From NCBI RefSeq assembly GCF_003334305.1, contig NZ_QOWS01000001.1: 64,000 nt of DNA, one strand, 5' to 3'. Under the pieces are notes generated by a model. That model saw nothing but the letters and a program-made list of their open reading frames with translations. It did not search any database and was not told the DNA's origin. Both the position numbers and the translations under genes were made by a program. Shown here one piece after another: positions 1 to 12,440 of the stretch; position 1 is the first letter of the stretch; each line of letters opens with the position of its first letter. Origin of the DNA: Escherichia coli (GTDB lineage: Bacteria > Pseudomonadota > Gammaproteobacteria > Enterobacterales > Enterobacteriaceae).

Positions 1-253
1 TTTGGCATAATTTCTCCGTCGGGCACACTCTGGCACAAACGGCACCGAGGGCATTATTTTCGCGAATTGTCTCGGCAGCGCCTTTAAAATTACGAAAGTA
101 GATTGAGCGAATAAATTTCCCCGGATCGGTCTGTGCCGGGCAAGCCTGACTACAGGGAGCGTCGTGACATAATAAACAGCGAGAGGCTTCTTTAATCGCC
201 AGTAAAGGCGTAAAAGCCGGAGTGAGTTCATCCAGATAATTTTGTTGCGGCAT
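1..253 (-). CDS. preT: N-terminal part of NAD-dependent dihydropyrimidine dehydrogenase small subunit (PreT/YeiT); gene continues beyond window start
   Basis: Minus-strand ATG at 253..251; translation MPQQNYLDELTPAFTPLLAIKEASRCLLCHDAPCSQACP... carries a Cys-rich Fe-S motif; position next to yeiS/sanA matches known synteny. Confidence 0.6.
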   Translation of the reverse strand, partial: MPQQNYLDELTPAFTPLLAIKEASRCLLCHDAPCSQACPAQTDPGKFIRSIYFRNFKGAAETIRENNALGAVCARVCPTEKLCQ

Positions 254-294
254 GTGATCTTCCTTAATGCTATGAGTAATTAAGGCGAACGCTA

Positions 295-428
295 AATATA
301 CTCGTCATACTTCAAGTTGCATGTGCTGCGTCTGCGTTCGCTCACCCCAGTCACTTACTTATGTAAGCTCCTGGGGACTCACTCACTTGTCGCCTTCCTG
401 CAACTCGAATTATTTAGAGTATAAATAT
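295..428. repeat. ERIC / IRU (enterobacterial repetitive intergenic consensus) element, full length ~130 bp imperfect palindrome
   Basis: Contains both classic ERIC primer cores: atgtaagctcctgggga.tcac and, as reverse complement, aagtaagtgactggggtgagcg; palindromic ends tatactc...gagtata. Confidence 0.8.
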
Positions 429-571
429 TGCGTGCTGATATTAAGGCTATGCGCGTGGGGAAATTTAAACTGTGAAAGGATTCACAAATAGCTGCGGTTC
501 AGAATGTTACATCCGCAGCTTATTGAGTGAAGTAATAATTATTCTCAATAATTAACATAAAAGAGAAAATA

Positions 572-2567
<1,996 letters not shown>

Positions 2568-2696
2568 GGCGTTGCCTCATAATCATGTAATGGGATAACA
2601 GTTTACGAACCCGTTATGGCTTTATATGTGATCTGAATCTCATTAATTATGCAACGCGTGAAACTTACATCAAAAATGCGCGACGCATCGCAAATT

Positions 2697-3823
<1,127 letters not shown>

Positions 3824-4025
3824 TTAATTCGTAAAACGTGCTACCGATCACATTAAGAAATCAGCGCTTATTTTTTCGCTCCCCGGCATTACGCAATGCG
3901 CAACGAACTCAGGCATACATCAAGCATAGAGAGGGATTACAGTTTGCAGCAATCCCTCTTTGCAGACCTTTAATCCGTTGACCATAGGCGCTAACATGGC
4001 GCCTCATTTTTTTGCGGGTGAAGAT

Positions 4026-4976
4026 ATGCGTGTGTTACTGGCTCCGATGGAGGGTGTGCTTGACTCTCTGGTGCGTGAATTGCTGACCGAAGTTAACGAC
4101 TACGATCTGTGCATCACCGAGTTTGTCCGCGTGGTGGATCAACTGCTGCCGGTAAAAGTCTTTCATCGCATTTGCCCTGAGCTACAAAACGCCAGCCGGA
4201 CACCATCTGGTACGCTGGTGCGCGTGCAGTTGTTAGGTCAGTTCCCACAATGGCTGGCAGAGAACGCCGCCCGTGCGGTGGAGTTAGGTTCCTGGGGCGT
4301 GGATCTCAATTGCGGCTGCCCGTCGAAAACGGTTAACGGTAGCGGCGGCGGCGCGACGTTACTCAAAGATCCTGAACTCATCTACCAGGGTGCAAAAGCG
4401 ATGCGTGAAGCTGTACCAGCGCATTTGCCCGTCAGCGTAAAAGTGCGTCTGGGCTGGGACAGCGGTGAGAAGAAATTTGAAATCGCCGATGCGGTTCAAC
4501 AGGCTGGCGCTACGGAGCTGGTGGTGCATGGACGGACAAAAGAGCAGGGTTACCGCGCGGAGCATATTGACTGGCAGGCGATTGGCGAGATTCGCCAGCG
4601 GCTGAATATTCCGGTGATTGCCAACGGCGAAATCTGGGACTGGCAGAGCGCGCAACAATGCATTGCGATCAGCGGCTGCGACGCAGTGATGATTGGTCGC
4701 GGGGCGCTCAATATTCCCAACCTGAGCCGGGTAGTAAAATATAACGAACCGCGAATGCCGTGGCCGGAGGTGGTTGCTTTGCTGCAAAAATATACCCGTC
4801 TGGAAAAGCAGGGCGATACCGGGTTATATCACGTTGCGCGGATTAAACAGTGGTTGAGTTATTTGCGTAAAAAATACGATGAAGCAACGGAATTATTTCA
4901 GCATGTTCGGGTGTTGAATAATTCCCCTGATATTGCAAGGGCTATTCAGGCAATTGATATCGATAAGCTGCGATAA
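4026..4976 (+). CDS. dusC: tRNA-dihydrouridine synthase C
   Basis: TIM-barrel Dus family; start taken at [10 protein letters not shown]; recognised. Confidence 0.9.
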   Translation: MRVLLAPMEGVLDSLVRELLTEVNDYDLCITEFVRVVDQLLPVKVFHRICPELQNASRTPSGTLVRVQLLGQFPQWLAENAARAVELGSWGVDLNCGCPSKTVNGSGGGATLLKDPELIYQGAKAMREAVPAHLPVSVKVRLGWDSGEKKFEIADAVQQAGATELVVHGRTKEQGYRAEHIDWQAIGEIRQRLNIPVIANGEIWDWQSAQQCIAISGCDAVMIGRGALNIPNLSRVVKYNEPRMPWPEVVALLQKYTRLEKQGDTGLYHVARIKQWLSYLRKKYDEATELFQHVRVLNNSPDIARAIQAIDIDKLR

Positions 4977-5084
4977 TAGTGGAATCGCAGTTTATCAGAG
5001 ACAATGAATCGCTTATTCAGCTTCATCATCTTGTTGCGCTCCTTTCATGAGCTAAGCCACATATTGCCACTGGCGCAAGGAGCG

Positions 5085-5290
5085 CGCAGGGGGAGGACAA
5101 TCGCCTCCTCCCCCTGCACCCCCGGGCTCTGGCGAACAAAATCGCCGCTGCGCGGTACCTTCAGCTTATCCCCTTCGTCTACCGGGTCGGGCGCGAGGTA
5201 ACGTCCTTGTAAGACGCGCCCTCAGCCCACATCCATGTGGGCTGCCCCGGCCTTCGGGGAACGCTTCAGCGATTTTGACGCCACCAACAC
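5085..5290. other. GC-rich intergenic element with several strong hairpins, identity unknown
   Basis: Inverted repeats gggggagg...cctccccc (5088..5116), gcccacatccatgtgggc (5224..5241), ccccggccttcgggg (5245..5259); no plausible ORF. Confidence 0.4.
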
Positions 5291-5363
5291 CGGAGCTGTT
5301 TGCAAATCAAGTACACAAAATATCTAGTTCCTGACCTGACAACTTATATGCCATATCTGATTT

Positions 5364-5447
5364 TTAAAATATCATCTTAAATACGCCAGTCACCACCAGT
5401 AGCCCAATCAGGAAAATAATCAATACAGCCCAGAGTATAATTTTCAT
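5364..5447 (-). CDS. yohP: Small membrane protein YohP (27 aa)
   Basis: Hand-translated MKIILWAVLIIFLIGLLVVTGVFKMIF with TAA stop; not in the ORF track (below length cut-off). Confidence 0.8.
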   Translation of the reverse strand: MKIILWAVLIIFLIGLLVVTGVFKMIF

Positions 5448-5670
5448 TGGCGTTCCTTTATTTGTGAGTGCTGAATAAGTATAGGAAAAAACGAAGCCCT
5501 TTGCCGTTATCCATAAACGATTAAGATAAATCGGAAGATATCATTTACTTAGTCTATATTTTTCTGGATATGTCGTTTTATTGCTACTGATGTATTGCCA
5601 CGCGAAACTAAAAAATATATCGCAACACACGGTAATCTCCGCGCACCTTTTCTTACCTGATTATTCCCCC

Positions 5671-7107
5671 ATGAATCGTGATTCCTTTTATCCAGCCATC
5701 GCCTGTTTTCCGCTGTTACTGATGCTGGCCGGGTGTGCACCTATGCATGAAACCCGCCAGGCGTTAAGCCAGCAAACGCCTGCTGCACAAGTTGACACCG
5801 CATTACCCACGGCGCTGAAAAATGGTTGGCCAGACAGCCAATGGTGGCTGGAGTATCACGATAATCAACTCACTTCCTTAATTAACAATGCACTACAGAA
5901 CGCACCGGATATGCAGGTGGCTGAACAGCGCATTCAGCTAGCTGAAGCCCAGGCGAAGGCAATTGCTACTCAGGATGGTCCGCAGATCGACTTTTCTGCG
6001 GATATGGAGCGGCAAAAAATGTCGGCAGAAGGCTTAATGGGGCCGTTTGCTCTGAACGATCCGGCCGCAGGTACGACCGGTCCGTGGTACACCAACGGAA
6101 CTTTTGGCTTAACGGCGGGCTGGCATCTCGATATCTGGGGAAAGAATCGGGCGGAGGTTACTGCCCGCCTGGGTACGGTTAAAGCACGGGCGGCGGAACG
6201 CGAGCAAACCCGCCAATTGCTGGCTGGCAGCGTAGCCCGCCTGTACTGGGAGTGGCAAACCCAGGCGGCGTTAAACACGGTCTTGCAGCAAATAGAAAAA
6301 GAGCAGAACACCATTATCGCGACCGATCGCCAGCTATATCAGAACGGGATTACTTCTTCAGTTGAAGGTGTGGAAACCGATATTAATGCCAGCAAAACCC
6401 GGCAGCAGCTCAACGATGTCGCGGGGAAAATGAAAATTATTGAGGCACGGTTAAGCGCACTTACAAATAACCAGACAAAGTCATTGAAGCTTAAACCGGT
6501 CGCGTTGCCGAAAGTGGCAAGCCAGCTTCCTGATGAACTGGGGTACTCCTTACTGGCCCGGCGGGCAGATTTGCAGGCGGCGCACTGGTACGTTGAGTCA
6601 TCGCTAAGCACCATTGATGCGGCAAAAGCGGCATTTTATCCTGACATCAACCTGATGGCCTTCCTGCAACAGGATGCGTTGCACTTAAGCGATCTGTTCC
6701 GTCATTCCGCGCAGCAAATGGGCGTTACGGCAGGCCTGACGCTACCCATTTTCGATAGTGGTCGTCTTAACGCCAATCTCGATATCGCAAAAGCCGAAAG
6801 CAACTTGTCTATCGCCAGCTACAACAAAGCGGTGGTTGAAGCGGTGAATGACGTGGCGCGGGCAGCCAGTCAGGTTCAGACACTTGCGGAGAAAAACCAG
6901 CATCAGGCGCAAATTGAGCGCGATGCCTTGCGTGTGGTAGGTCTTGCGCAGGCGCGCTTTAACGCGGGCATCATTGCTGGTTCCCGCGTCAGCGAAGCCA
7001 GAATCCCCGCGCTGCGTGAGCGGGCCAATGGCCTGTTATTGCAAGGGCAGTGGCTGGATGCTTCCATTCAACTCACTGGTGCGTTGGGCGGGGGTTACAA
7101 ACGCTGA
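5671..7107 (+). CDS. mdtQ: Outer-membrane efflux lipoprotein, TolC/OprM (NodT) family, apparently intact
   Basis: Lipoprotein signal peptide ending LLMLAGC (lipobox), 478 aa uninterrupted; recognised as yohG/mdtQ. Confidence 0.85.
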   Translation: MNRDSFYPAIACFPLLLMLAGCAPMHETRQALSQQTPAAQVDTALPTALKNGWPDSQWWLEYHDNQLTSLINNALQNAPDMQVAEQRIQLAEAQAKAIATQDGPQIDFSADMERQKMSAEGLMGPFALNDPAAGTTGPWYTNGTFGLTAGWHLDIWGKNRAEVTARLGTVKARAAEREQTRQLLAGSVARLYWEWQTQAALNTVLQQIEKEQNTIIATDRQLYQNGITSSVEGVETDINASKTRQQLNDVAGKMKIIEARLSALTNNQTKSLKLKPVALPKVASQLPDELGYSLLARRADLQAAHWYVESSLSTIDAAKAAFYPDINLMAFLQQDALHLSDLFRHSAQQMGVTAGLTLPIFDSGRLNANLDIAKAESNLSIASYNKAVVEAVNDVARAASQVQTLAEKNQHQAQIERDALRVVGLAQARFNAGIIAGSRVSEARIPALRERANGLLLQGQWLDASIQLTGALGGGYKR

Positions 7108-7159
7108 TGATATGCGCCTTCTATACTTAACGTTTATTCAGCGTTAAGTGGAGAACTCG

Positions 7160-7921
7160 ATGGCACAGGTTGCGATTATTACCGCCTCCGATTCGGGGAT
7201 CGGCAAAGAGTGCGCGTTATTACTGGCGCAGCAGGGGTTTGATATTGGCATTACCTGGCACTCAGATGAAGAAGGGGCAAAAGATACCGCGCGTGAGGTA
7301 GTTAGCCACGGCGTACGTGCGGAGATCGTGCAGCTGGATCTCGGTAAACTGCCAGAAGGTGCGCAGGCGCTGGAGAAACTCATTCAACGGCTGGGGCGTA
7401 TTGATGTGCTGGTGAATAATGCGGGCGCAATGACCAAAGCGCCGTTTCTTGATATGGCTTTCGATGAGTGGCGCAAGATTTTTACCGTTGATGTCGATGG
7501 TGCATTTTTATGCTCACAAATTGCGGCCCGCCAGATGGTGAAACAAGGGCAGGGCGGTCGCATCATCAACATTACGTCGGTACATGAACATACGCCGCTG
7601 CCGGATGCCAGCGCCTACACAGCCGCTAAACATGCGCTCGGTGGGTTAACCAAAGCGATGGCGCTGGAGCTGGTCAGGCATAAGATTTTGGTGAACGCAG
7701 TCGCGCCTGGGGCGATCGCCACGCCAATGAATGGCATGGATGACAGCGACGTGAAGCCCGACGCGGAGCCTTCGATTCCTCTGCGGCGTTTTGGCGCAAC
7801 GCATGAGATTGCCAGCCTGGTAGCGTGGCTGTGCTCAGAGGGCGCAAATTACACCACCGGGCAGTCGTTGATAGTGGATGGCGGCTTTATGTTGGCGAAT
7901 CCGCAGTTCAACCCAGAATAG
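7160..7921 (+). CDS. yohF: Short-chain dehydrogenase/reductase YohF
   Basis: Rossmann motif TASDSGIG and catalytic YTAAK; 253 aa. Confidence 0.88.
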   Translation: MAQVAIITASDSGIGKECALLLAQQGFDIGITWHSDEEGAKDTAREVVSHGVRAEIVQLDLGKLPEGAQALEKLIQRLGRIDVLVNNAGAMTKAPFLDMAFDEWRKIFTVDVDGAFLCSQIAARQMVKQGQGGRIINITSVHEHTPLPDASAYTAAKHALGGLTKAMALELVRHKILVNAVAPGAIATPMNGMDDSDVKPDAEPSIPLRRFGATHEIASLVAWLCSEGANYTTGQSLIVDGGFMLANPQFNPE

Positions 7922-7961
7922 CGCAGTGAGGTGCGTGGTTATTTCAATGGGTAAAATTTTG

Positions 7962-8043
7962 GTAGGCATGATAAGACGCACAAGCGTCGCATCAGGCATG
8001 GTGCACCGGATGTCGGATGCGGCGCGAACGCCTTACCCAGGGC
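7962..8043. repeat. BIME-type REP cluster (two inverted REP units)
   Basis: gtaggcatgataagacgc...gcgtcgcatcaggc and ccggatgtcggatgcggcgcgaacgccttac, between convergent yohF and yohD. Confidence 0.65.
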
Positions 8044-8050
8044 AATGGTT

Positions 8051-8629
8051 TTACGCCTGATGATCCGGCTTTTTCTTCCCGCGCCGTTTCAGCCACCAGC
8101 GCACGCCCACCACCAGAACCACGACCAGAATCAACCAGACCCAGTGCTTCAAATGCTGGTCGAGATTGTGCAACCACGGCGCAATCACCTGACCACCAGC
8201 GTAACCAATAGTGGTAAAAATCAACGCCCAGGCAAATGCGCCGAGAATATTCAGCGGCAGAAAGATTTTCGGCGGCAGCTGGCTGGCACCAATCAGCGTC
8301 GGGCCAATCACCCGAAAGCCATACATAAAGCGCGTACCAATGACAAACAGATACGGATGGCGTTGGATAAGTTTCTGCGCCCGCTCAATTTTATCCTGAT
8401 GTTTCGAGAAACGGCGTAACAGCTTGCCGCCAAACCGCCGCCCGCACAGATAAAGCACCTGGTCGCCAATCATGCCGCCAAGCGCCACAGAAAGTACCAC
8501 CAGCGGGAACTTTAATAGCCCCTGATGTGCCGCAACGCCTCCCAGCAAAGTCACGGTTTCACCTTCCGCCAGGCTACCGATCACCAGCGCGGCATAACCA
8601 TATTGTGAGATGAGTGTATTGAGATCCAT
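8051..8629 (-). CDS. yohD: DedA-family inner-membrane protein YohD
   Basis: 192-aa membrane ORF from MDLNTLISQYGYAAL; recognised. Confidence 0.85.
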   Translation of the reverse strand: MDLNTLISQYGYAALVIGSLAEGETVTLLGGVAAHQGLLKFPLVVLSVALGGMIGDQVLYLCGRRFGGKLLRRFSKHQDKIERAQKLIQRHPYLFVIGTRFMYGFRVIGPTLIGASQLPPKIFLPLNILGAFAWALIFTTIGYAGGQVIAPWLHNLDQHLKHWVWLILVVVLVVGVRWWLKRRGKKKPDHQA

Positions 8630-8798
8630 AGGCCAGTCTGTCTCCCTTTGGTTGCCTGTAAGCATACACCCTGGAAATCATTCACGCTGAAAAAGGACAT
8701 ACATCAGACGGTGCAAATTACATGGATGAACAAAAAATAATCACAAGCTGACTTATACTTGAACTGTCAGGTTCATGAACTCACAACAAGGGGGCGGT

Positions 8799-9386
8799 AT
8801 GAGCCATGTCTGGGGACTGTTTTCCCATCCCGATCGTGAAATGCAGGTGATTAATCGCGAAAACGAAACGATTTCTCACCATTACACCCACCACGTTTTG
8901 CTGATGGCGGCGATTCCGGTGATTTGCGCCTTCATTGGCACTACACAGATTGGCTGGAATTTTGGCGATGGCACTATCCTGAAGTTATCCTGGTTTACCG
9001 GACTGGCGCTGGCTGTCCTGTTTTATGGCGTTATGCTGGCTGGGGTTGCGGTAATGGGGCGGGTCATCTGGTGGATGGCGCGTAATTATCCGCAGCGTCC
9101 GTCACTTGCGCACTGCATGGTCTTCGCGGGCTACGTTGCAACTCCGCTGTTTTTAAGCGGTCTGGTGGCGCTTTATCCGCTGGTCTGGTTGTGTGCGCTG
9201 GTCGGCACGGTGGCGCTGTTTTACACCGGCTACCTGCTTTACCTTGGTATTCCGAGCTTCCTGAATATCAACAAAGAGGAAGGCCTTAGCTTCTCTAGTT
9301 CGACGCTGGCGATTGGCGTGCTGGTACTGGAAGTGCTGCTCGCCCTAACCGTTATACTATGGGGCTACGGTTATCGTTTGTTCTAG
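8799..9386 (+). CDS. yohC: Yip1-family inner-membrane protein YohC
   Basis: 195-aa polytopic membrane ORF starting MSHVWGLFSHPD. Confidence 0.8.
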   Translation: MSHVWGLFSHPDREMQVINRENETISHHYTHHVLLMAAIPVICAFIGTTQIGWNFGDGTILKLSWFTGLALAVLFYGVMLAGVAVMGRVIWWMARNYPQRPSLAHCMVFAGYVATPLFLSGLVALYPLVWLCALVGTVALFYTGYLLYLGIPSFLNINKEEGLSFSSSTLAIGVLVLEVLLALTVILWGYGYRLF

Positions 9387-9559
9387 AAAGTTCTTTGACG
9401 TTGCATTGCTGGCGTAAATGTCAGCAATGCAGCATTTCCTCACGATTCTCCTTTGACGATCGCACTTTTTGCTCGTTATGATGGCGTCGCTAGCCTCAGT
9501 AAATCCTTACTCCGGCGGTGCGCAACCCGTGCGCGTGAACCACTATCTGAATGCTCATC

Positions 9560-10492
9560 ATGCCGAAATTTCGAGTTTCTTTATTTAGCCTGGCCCTGAT
9601 GCTGGCTGTGCCTTTGGCACCGCAGGCCGTTGCGAAAACGGCAGCCGCTACCACCGCTTCACAACCGGAAATTGCCTCCGGTAGCGCGATGATTGTTGAT
9701 CTGAATACCAACAAAGTGATCTATTCGAACCACCCGGATCTGGTGCGTCCGATTGCGTCTATCAGCAAATTAATGACCGCGATGGTTGTGCTGGATGCAC
9801 GACTGCCGCTGGATGAAAAACTAAAAGTGGATATCAGCCAGACGCCGGAGATGAAAGGGGTCTATTCGCGCGTACGACTGAATAGCGAAATCAGCCGTAA
9901 AGATATGCTGTTGCTGGCGCTGATGTCTTCAGAAAACCGCGCGGCGGCAAGCCTTGCACACCATTATCCCGGTGGTTACAAAGCCTTTATTAAGGCAATG
10001 AATGCGAAAGCGAAATCGCTCGGAATGAACAACACGCGCTTTGTTGAACCTACCGGATTGTCGGTGCATAACGTTTCAACTGCCCGTGACTTAACCAAAC
10101 TGCTCATTGCCAGCAAACAATATCCGTTGATCGGGCAGTTAAGTACTACCCGGGAAGATATGGCAACCTTCTCTAACCCGACGTATACGCTGCCGTTCCG
10201 CAATACTAATCATCTGGTGTATCGCGATAACTGGAATATTCAGTTAACCAAAACCGGCTTTACCAATGCGGCGGGCCATTGTCTGGTGATGCGTACGGTT
10301 ATCAATAATAAACCGGTGGCGCTGGTAGTGATGGACGCGTTTGGCAAATATACCCATTTTGCCGATGCCAGCCGCCTGCGTACCTGGATTGAAACCGGTA
10401 AAGTGATGCCTGTGCCGGCAGCAGCGTTGAGCTATAAAAAACAAAAAGCCGCCCAAATGGCGGCGGCGGGGCAGACGGCACAGAACGATTAA
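9560..10492 (+). CDS. pbpG: D-alanyl-D-alanine endopeptidase PBP7
   Basis: Signal peptide plus SxxK active-site motif (ASISKLMTA); recognised. Confidence 0.9.
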   Translation: MPKFRVSLFSLALMLAVPLAPQAVAKTAAATTASQPEIASGSAMIVDLNTNKVIYSNHPDLVRPIASISKLMTAMVVLDARLPLDEKLKVDISQTPEMKGVYSRVRLNSEISRKDMLLLALMSSENRAAASLAHHYPGGYKAFIKAMNAKAKSLGMNNTRFVEPTGLSVHNVSTARDLTKLLIASKQYPLIGQLSTTREDMATFSNPTYTLPFRNTNHLVYRDNWNIQLTKTGFTNAAGHCLVMRTVINNKPVALVVMDAFGKYTHFADASRLRTWIETGKVMPVPAAALSYKKQKAAQMAAAGQTAQND

Positions 10493-10529
10493 GTGAATTC
10501 GGATGGCGATACTCTGCCATCCGTAATTT

Positions 10530-12245
10530 TTACTCCACTTCCTGCCAGTTTTTCCGTTTACTGGTTTTACCGATCCCCGGATTCATGCTGTTGGTCGGAT
10601 CGTTCTCGCGATAGAACTTCTGCAACGTCTCCGGTGCTTTATACAAATGACCGACGTTATGCTCGGCAGGGTATTGCGCGCCGCGCTGCTGTAGCAGTTC
10701 CAGCATCTGTTCTTTTAACGCATGCACATCCACGCCTTTTTTCACTATGTAATCCTGATGGAAGACATAGCACATAAAATGGCCGTAATAGAGCTTGTGC
10801 ACCAGCTGGCTGTCGATCTCCGGCGGTAAATGCTCATACCACTCGGTGTCGTTACGCCGCAGAGCGATATCCAACGCCAGAATGTCTTCGACTTCATCGG
10901 AATGCACCGCCTGATAACGAATTGCTGCGCCCGCAGCGGCGAAACGGTGTAAAAACGCTTTGCTGCCTTCCTCCGGCGTACAGACAAAGAAATCGCCTTC
11001 GGCCTGTTTGAAATAATCCACCAACCACGATTTGGCTTCGCCCACGCCATCGCCCGCCATTTTTAACAGCAGATGATGCTCGTATTTATCGCGCCAGTTT
11101 TTCATGCGCGGCGGTAAATGGCTGGGGAACAGGTGACCGAATTTTTGCATCGCACGGTCAGTAAAATGCGGACGGAAGAATTTCACTTTCTCCAGCATCG
11201 CATCGGTGCGTCCCTTGAGATTAAAGAAGAACGGCATCTTGTCGGTGCCTAACTTATCAATCATCAGGAAGGTGTCTTTGCCGTATTTTTCCGCAATATC
11301 GTAGATATCCCGGTGCATATATTCCCCGGCAACCGGCAGATTTTCGAAGTTAGCCAGAATATGACGGCGGATTTCGGTCAGCACTTCCGGCTGGTTGGTG
11401 CCGATATAAAACACCTGCTGATTTTTTTCCGCTTCGAAGGTATCTAGACGTACCGCAAAGACGGCCAGCTTCCCGGCGCAACCAGAAGATTCAAATAACC
11501 GATCCGGATCGGCGTTATAACGTGCGGGCGTGTCGGCTTCAATATCACGAACGCGGTGGACATAGTCATAATCGTGGGCGTGACGACCATCGTGACGCAC
11601 ATCGTCATCTTTGATGCGATCATCATCCAGCTTGCTAAGGATCTGCTCCGGCGTTTCGCCCAGATCAATCCCCAGATGGTTCACCAGCGTCAGTTTGCCG
11701 TCTTCATTTATACGCGCGAATAACGACATTTCGGTATACGCCGGGCCACGTTGCACCAGCGAGCCGCCGGAGTTGTTACAAATACCGCCGATAACCGATG
11801 CGCCTATACACGACGATCCAATCACCGAGTGCGGTTCGCGTCCCAGCGGTTTGAGGGCTTTTTCCAGCGAATAGAGCGTGGTGCCCGGATAGGCCAGCAC
11901 CTGTTCGCCCTTGCCAAGAACGTGCAGCTTGTCGAGACGCAGGGTGCTGATGATCACGATATCGCGATCATAGTCGTTACCGTTTGGCGTCGATCCTTCG
12001 GTCAGGCCTGTATTGGCAGCCTGCATCAGAATAATTTTGTCGGCGGTGACACAGGCTTTCAGCACCCGCCACAATTCCAGTAGTGAGCCAGGGAAAACGA
12101 CAGCCAGCGCGTCGCCCTGACCAGAACGGAAGCCCTTGCGATAGCGGGCCGTTTTTGCGGGATCGGTGAGCAGGTGTGAATGACCGACCAGACGGGCAAG
12201 TTCATTCAAAAAGGCTTTATTATCAGTTGTTGTCATGGAAGACAT
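10530..12245 (-). CDS. dld: Quinone-dependent D-lactate dehydrogenase (FAD)
   Basis: 571-aa ORF starting MSSMTTTDNKAFLNEL; recognised. Confidence 0.9.
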   Translation of the reverse strand: MSSMTTTDNKAFLNELARLVGHSHLLTDPAKTARYRKGFRSGQGDALAVVFPGSLLELWRVLKACVTADKIILMQAANTGLTEGSTPNGNDYDRDIVIISTLRLDKLHVLGKGEQVLAYPGTTLYSLEKALKPLGREPHSVIGSSCIGASVIGGICNNSGGSLVQRGPAYTEMSLFARINEDGKLTLVNHLGIDLGETPEQILSKLDDDRIKDDDVRHDGRHAHDYDYVHRVRDIEADTPARYNADPDRLFESSGCAGKLAVFAVRLDTFEAEKNQQVFYIGTNQPEVLTEIRRHILANFENLPVAGEYMHRDIYDIAEKYGKDTFLMIDKLGTDKMPFFFNLKGRTDAMLEKVKFFRPHFTDRAMQKFGHLFPSHLPPRMKNWRDKYEHHLLLKMAGDGVGEAKSWLVDYFKQAEGDFFVCTPEEGSKAFLHRFAAAGAAIRYQAVHSDEVEDILALDIALRRNDTEWYEHLPPEIDSQLVHKLYYGHFMCYVFHQDYIVKKGVDVHALKEQMLELLQQRGAQYPAEHNVGHLYKAPETLQKFYRENDPTNSMNPGIGKTSKRKNWQEVE

Positions 12246-12440
12246 TTTCCACTCCTTGTGGTGGCGAAAAAATATCACAAACTAGAATAGCGCCTTGTAT
12301 GACAATTCAGCGAGTGAATATTTTGAAAATTCAGACAATAAACTGAGCATTCTTTTTCTCTCTCCATCATGCTTATGGCAAACTACGGTTTTTGCACCAT
12401 TTTCGCTGCCTCGTCGGGCAACAGAGGAAGAAAAATCCAT

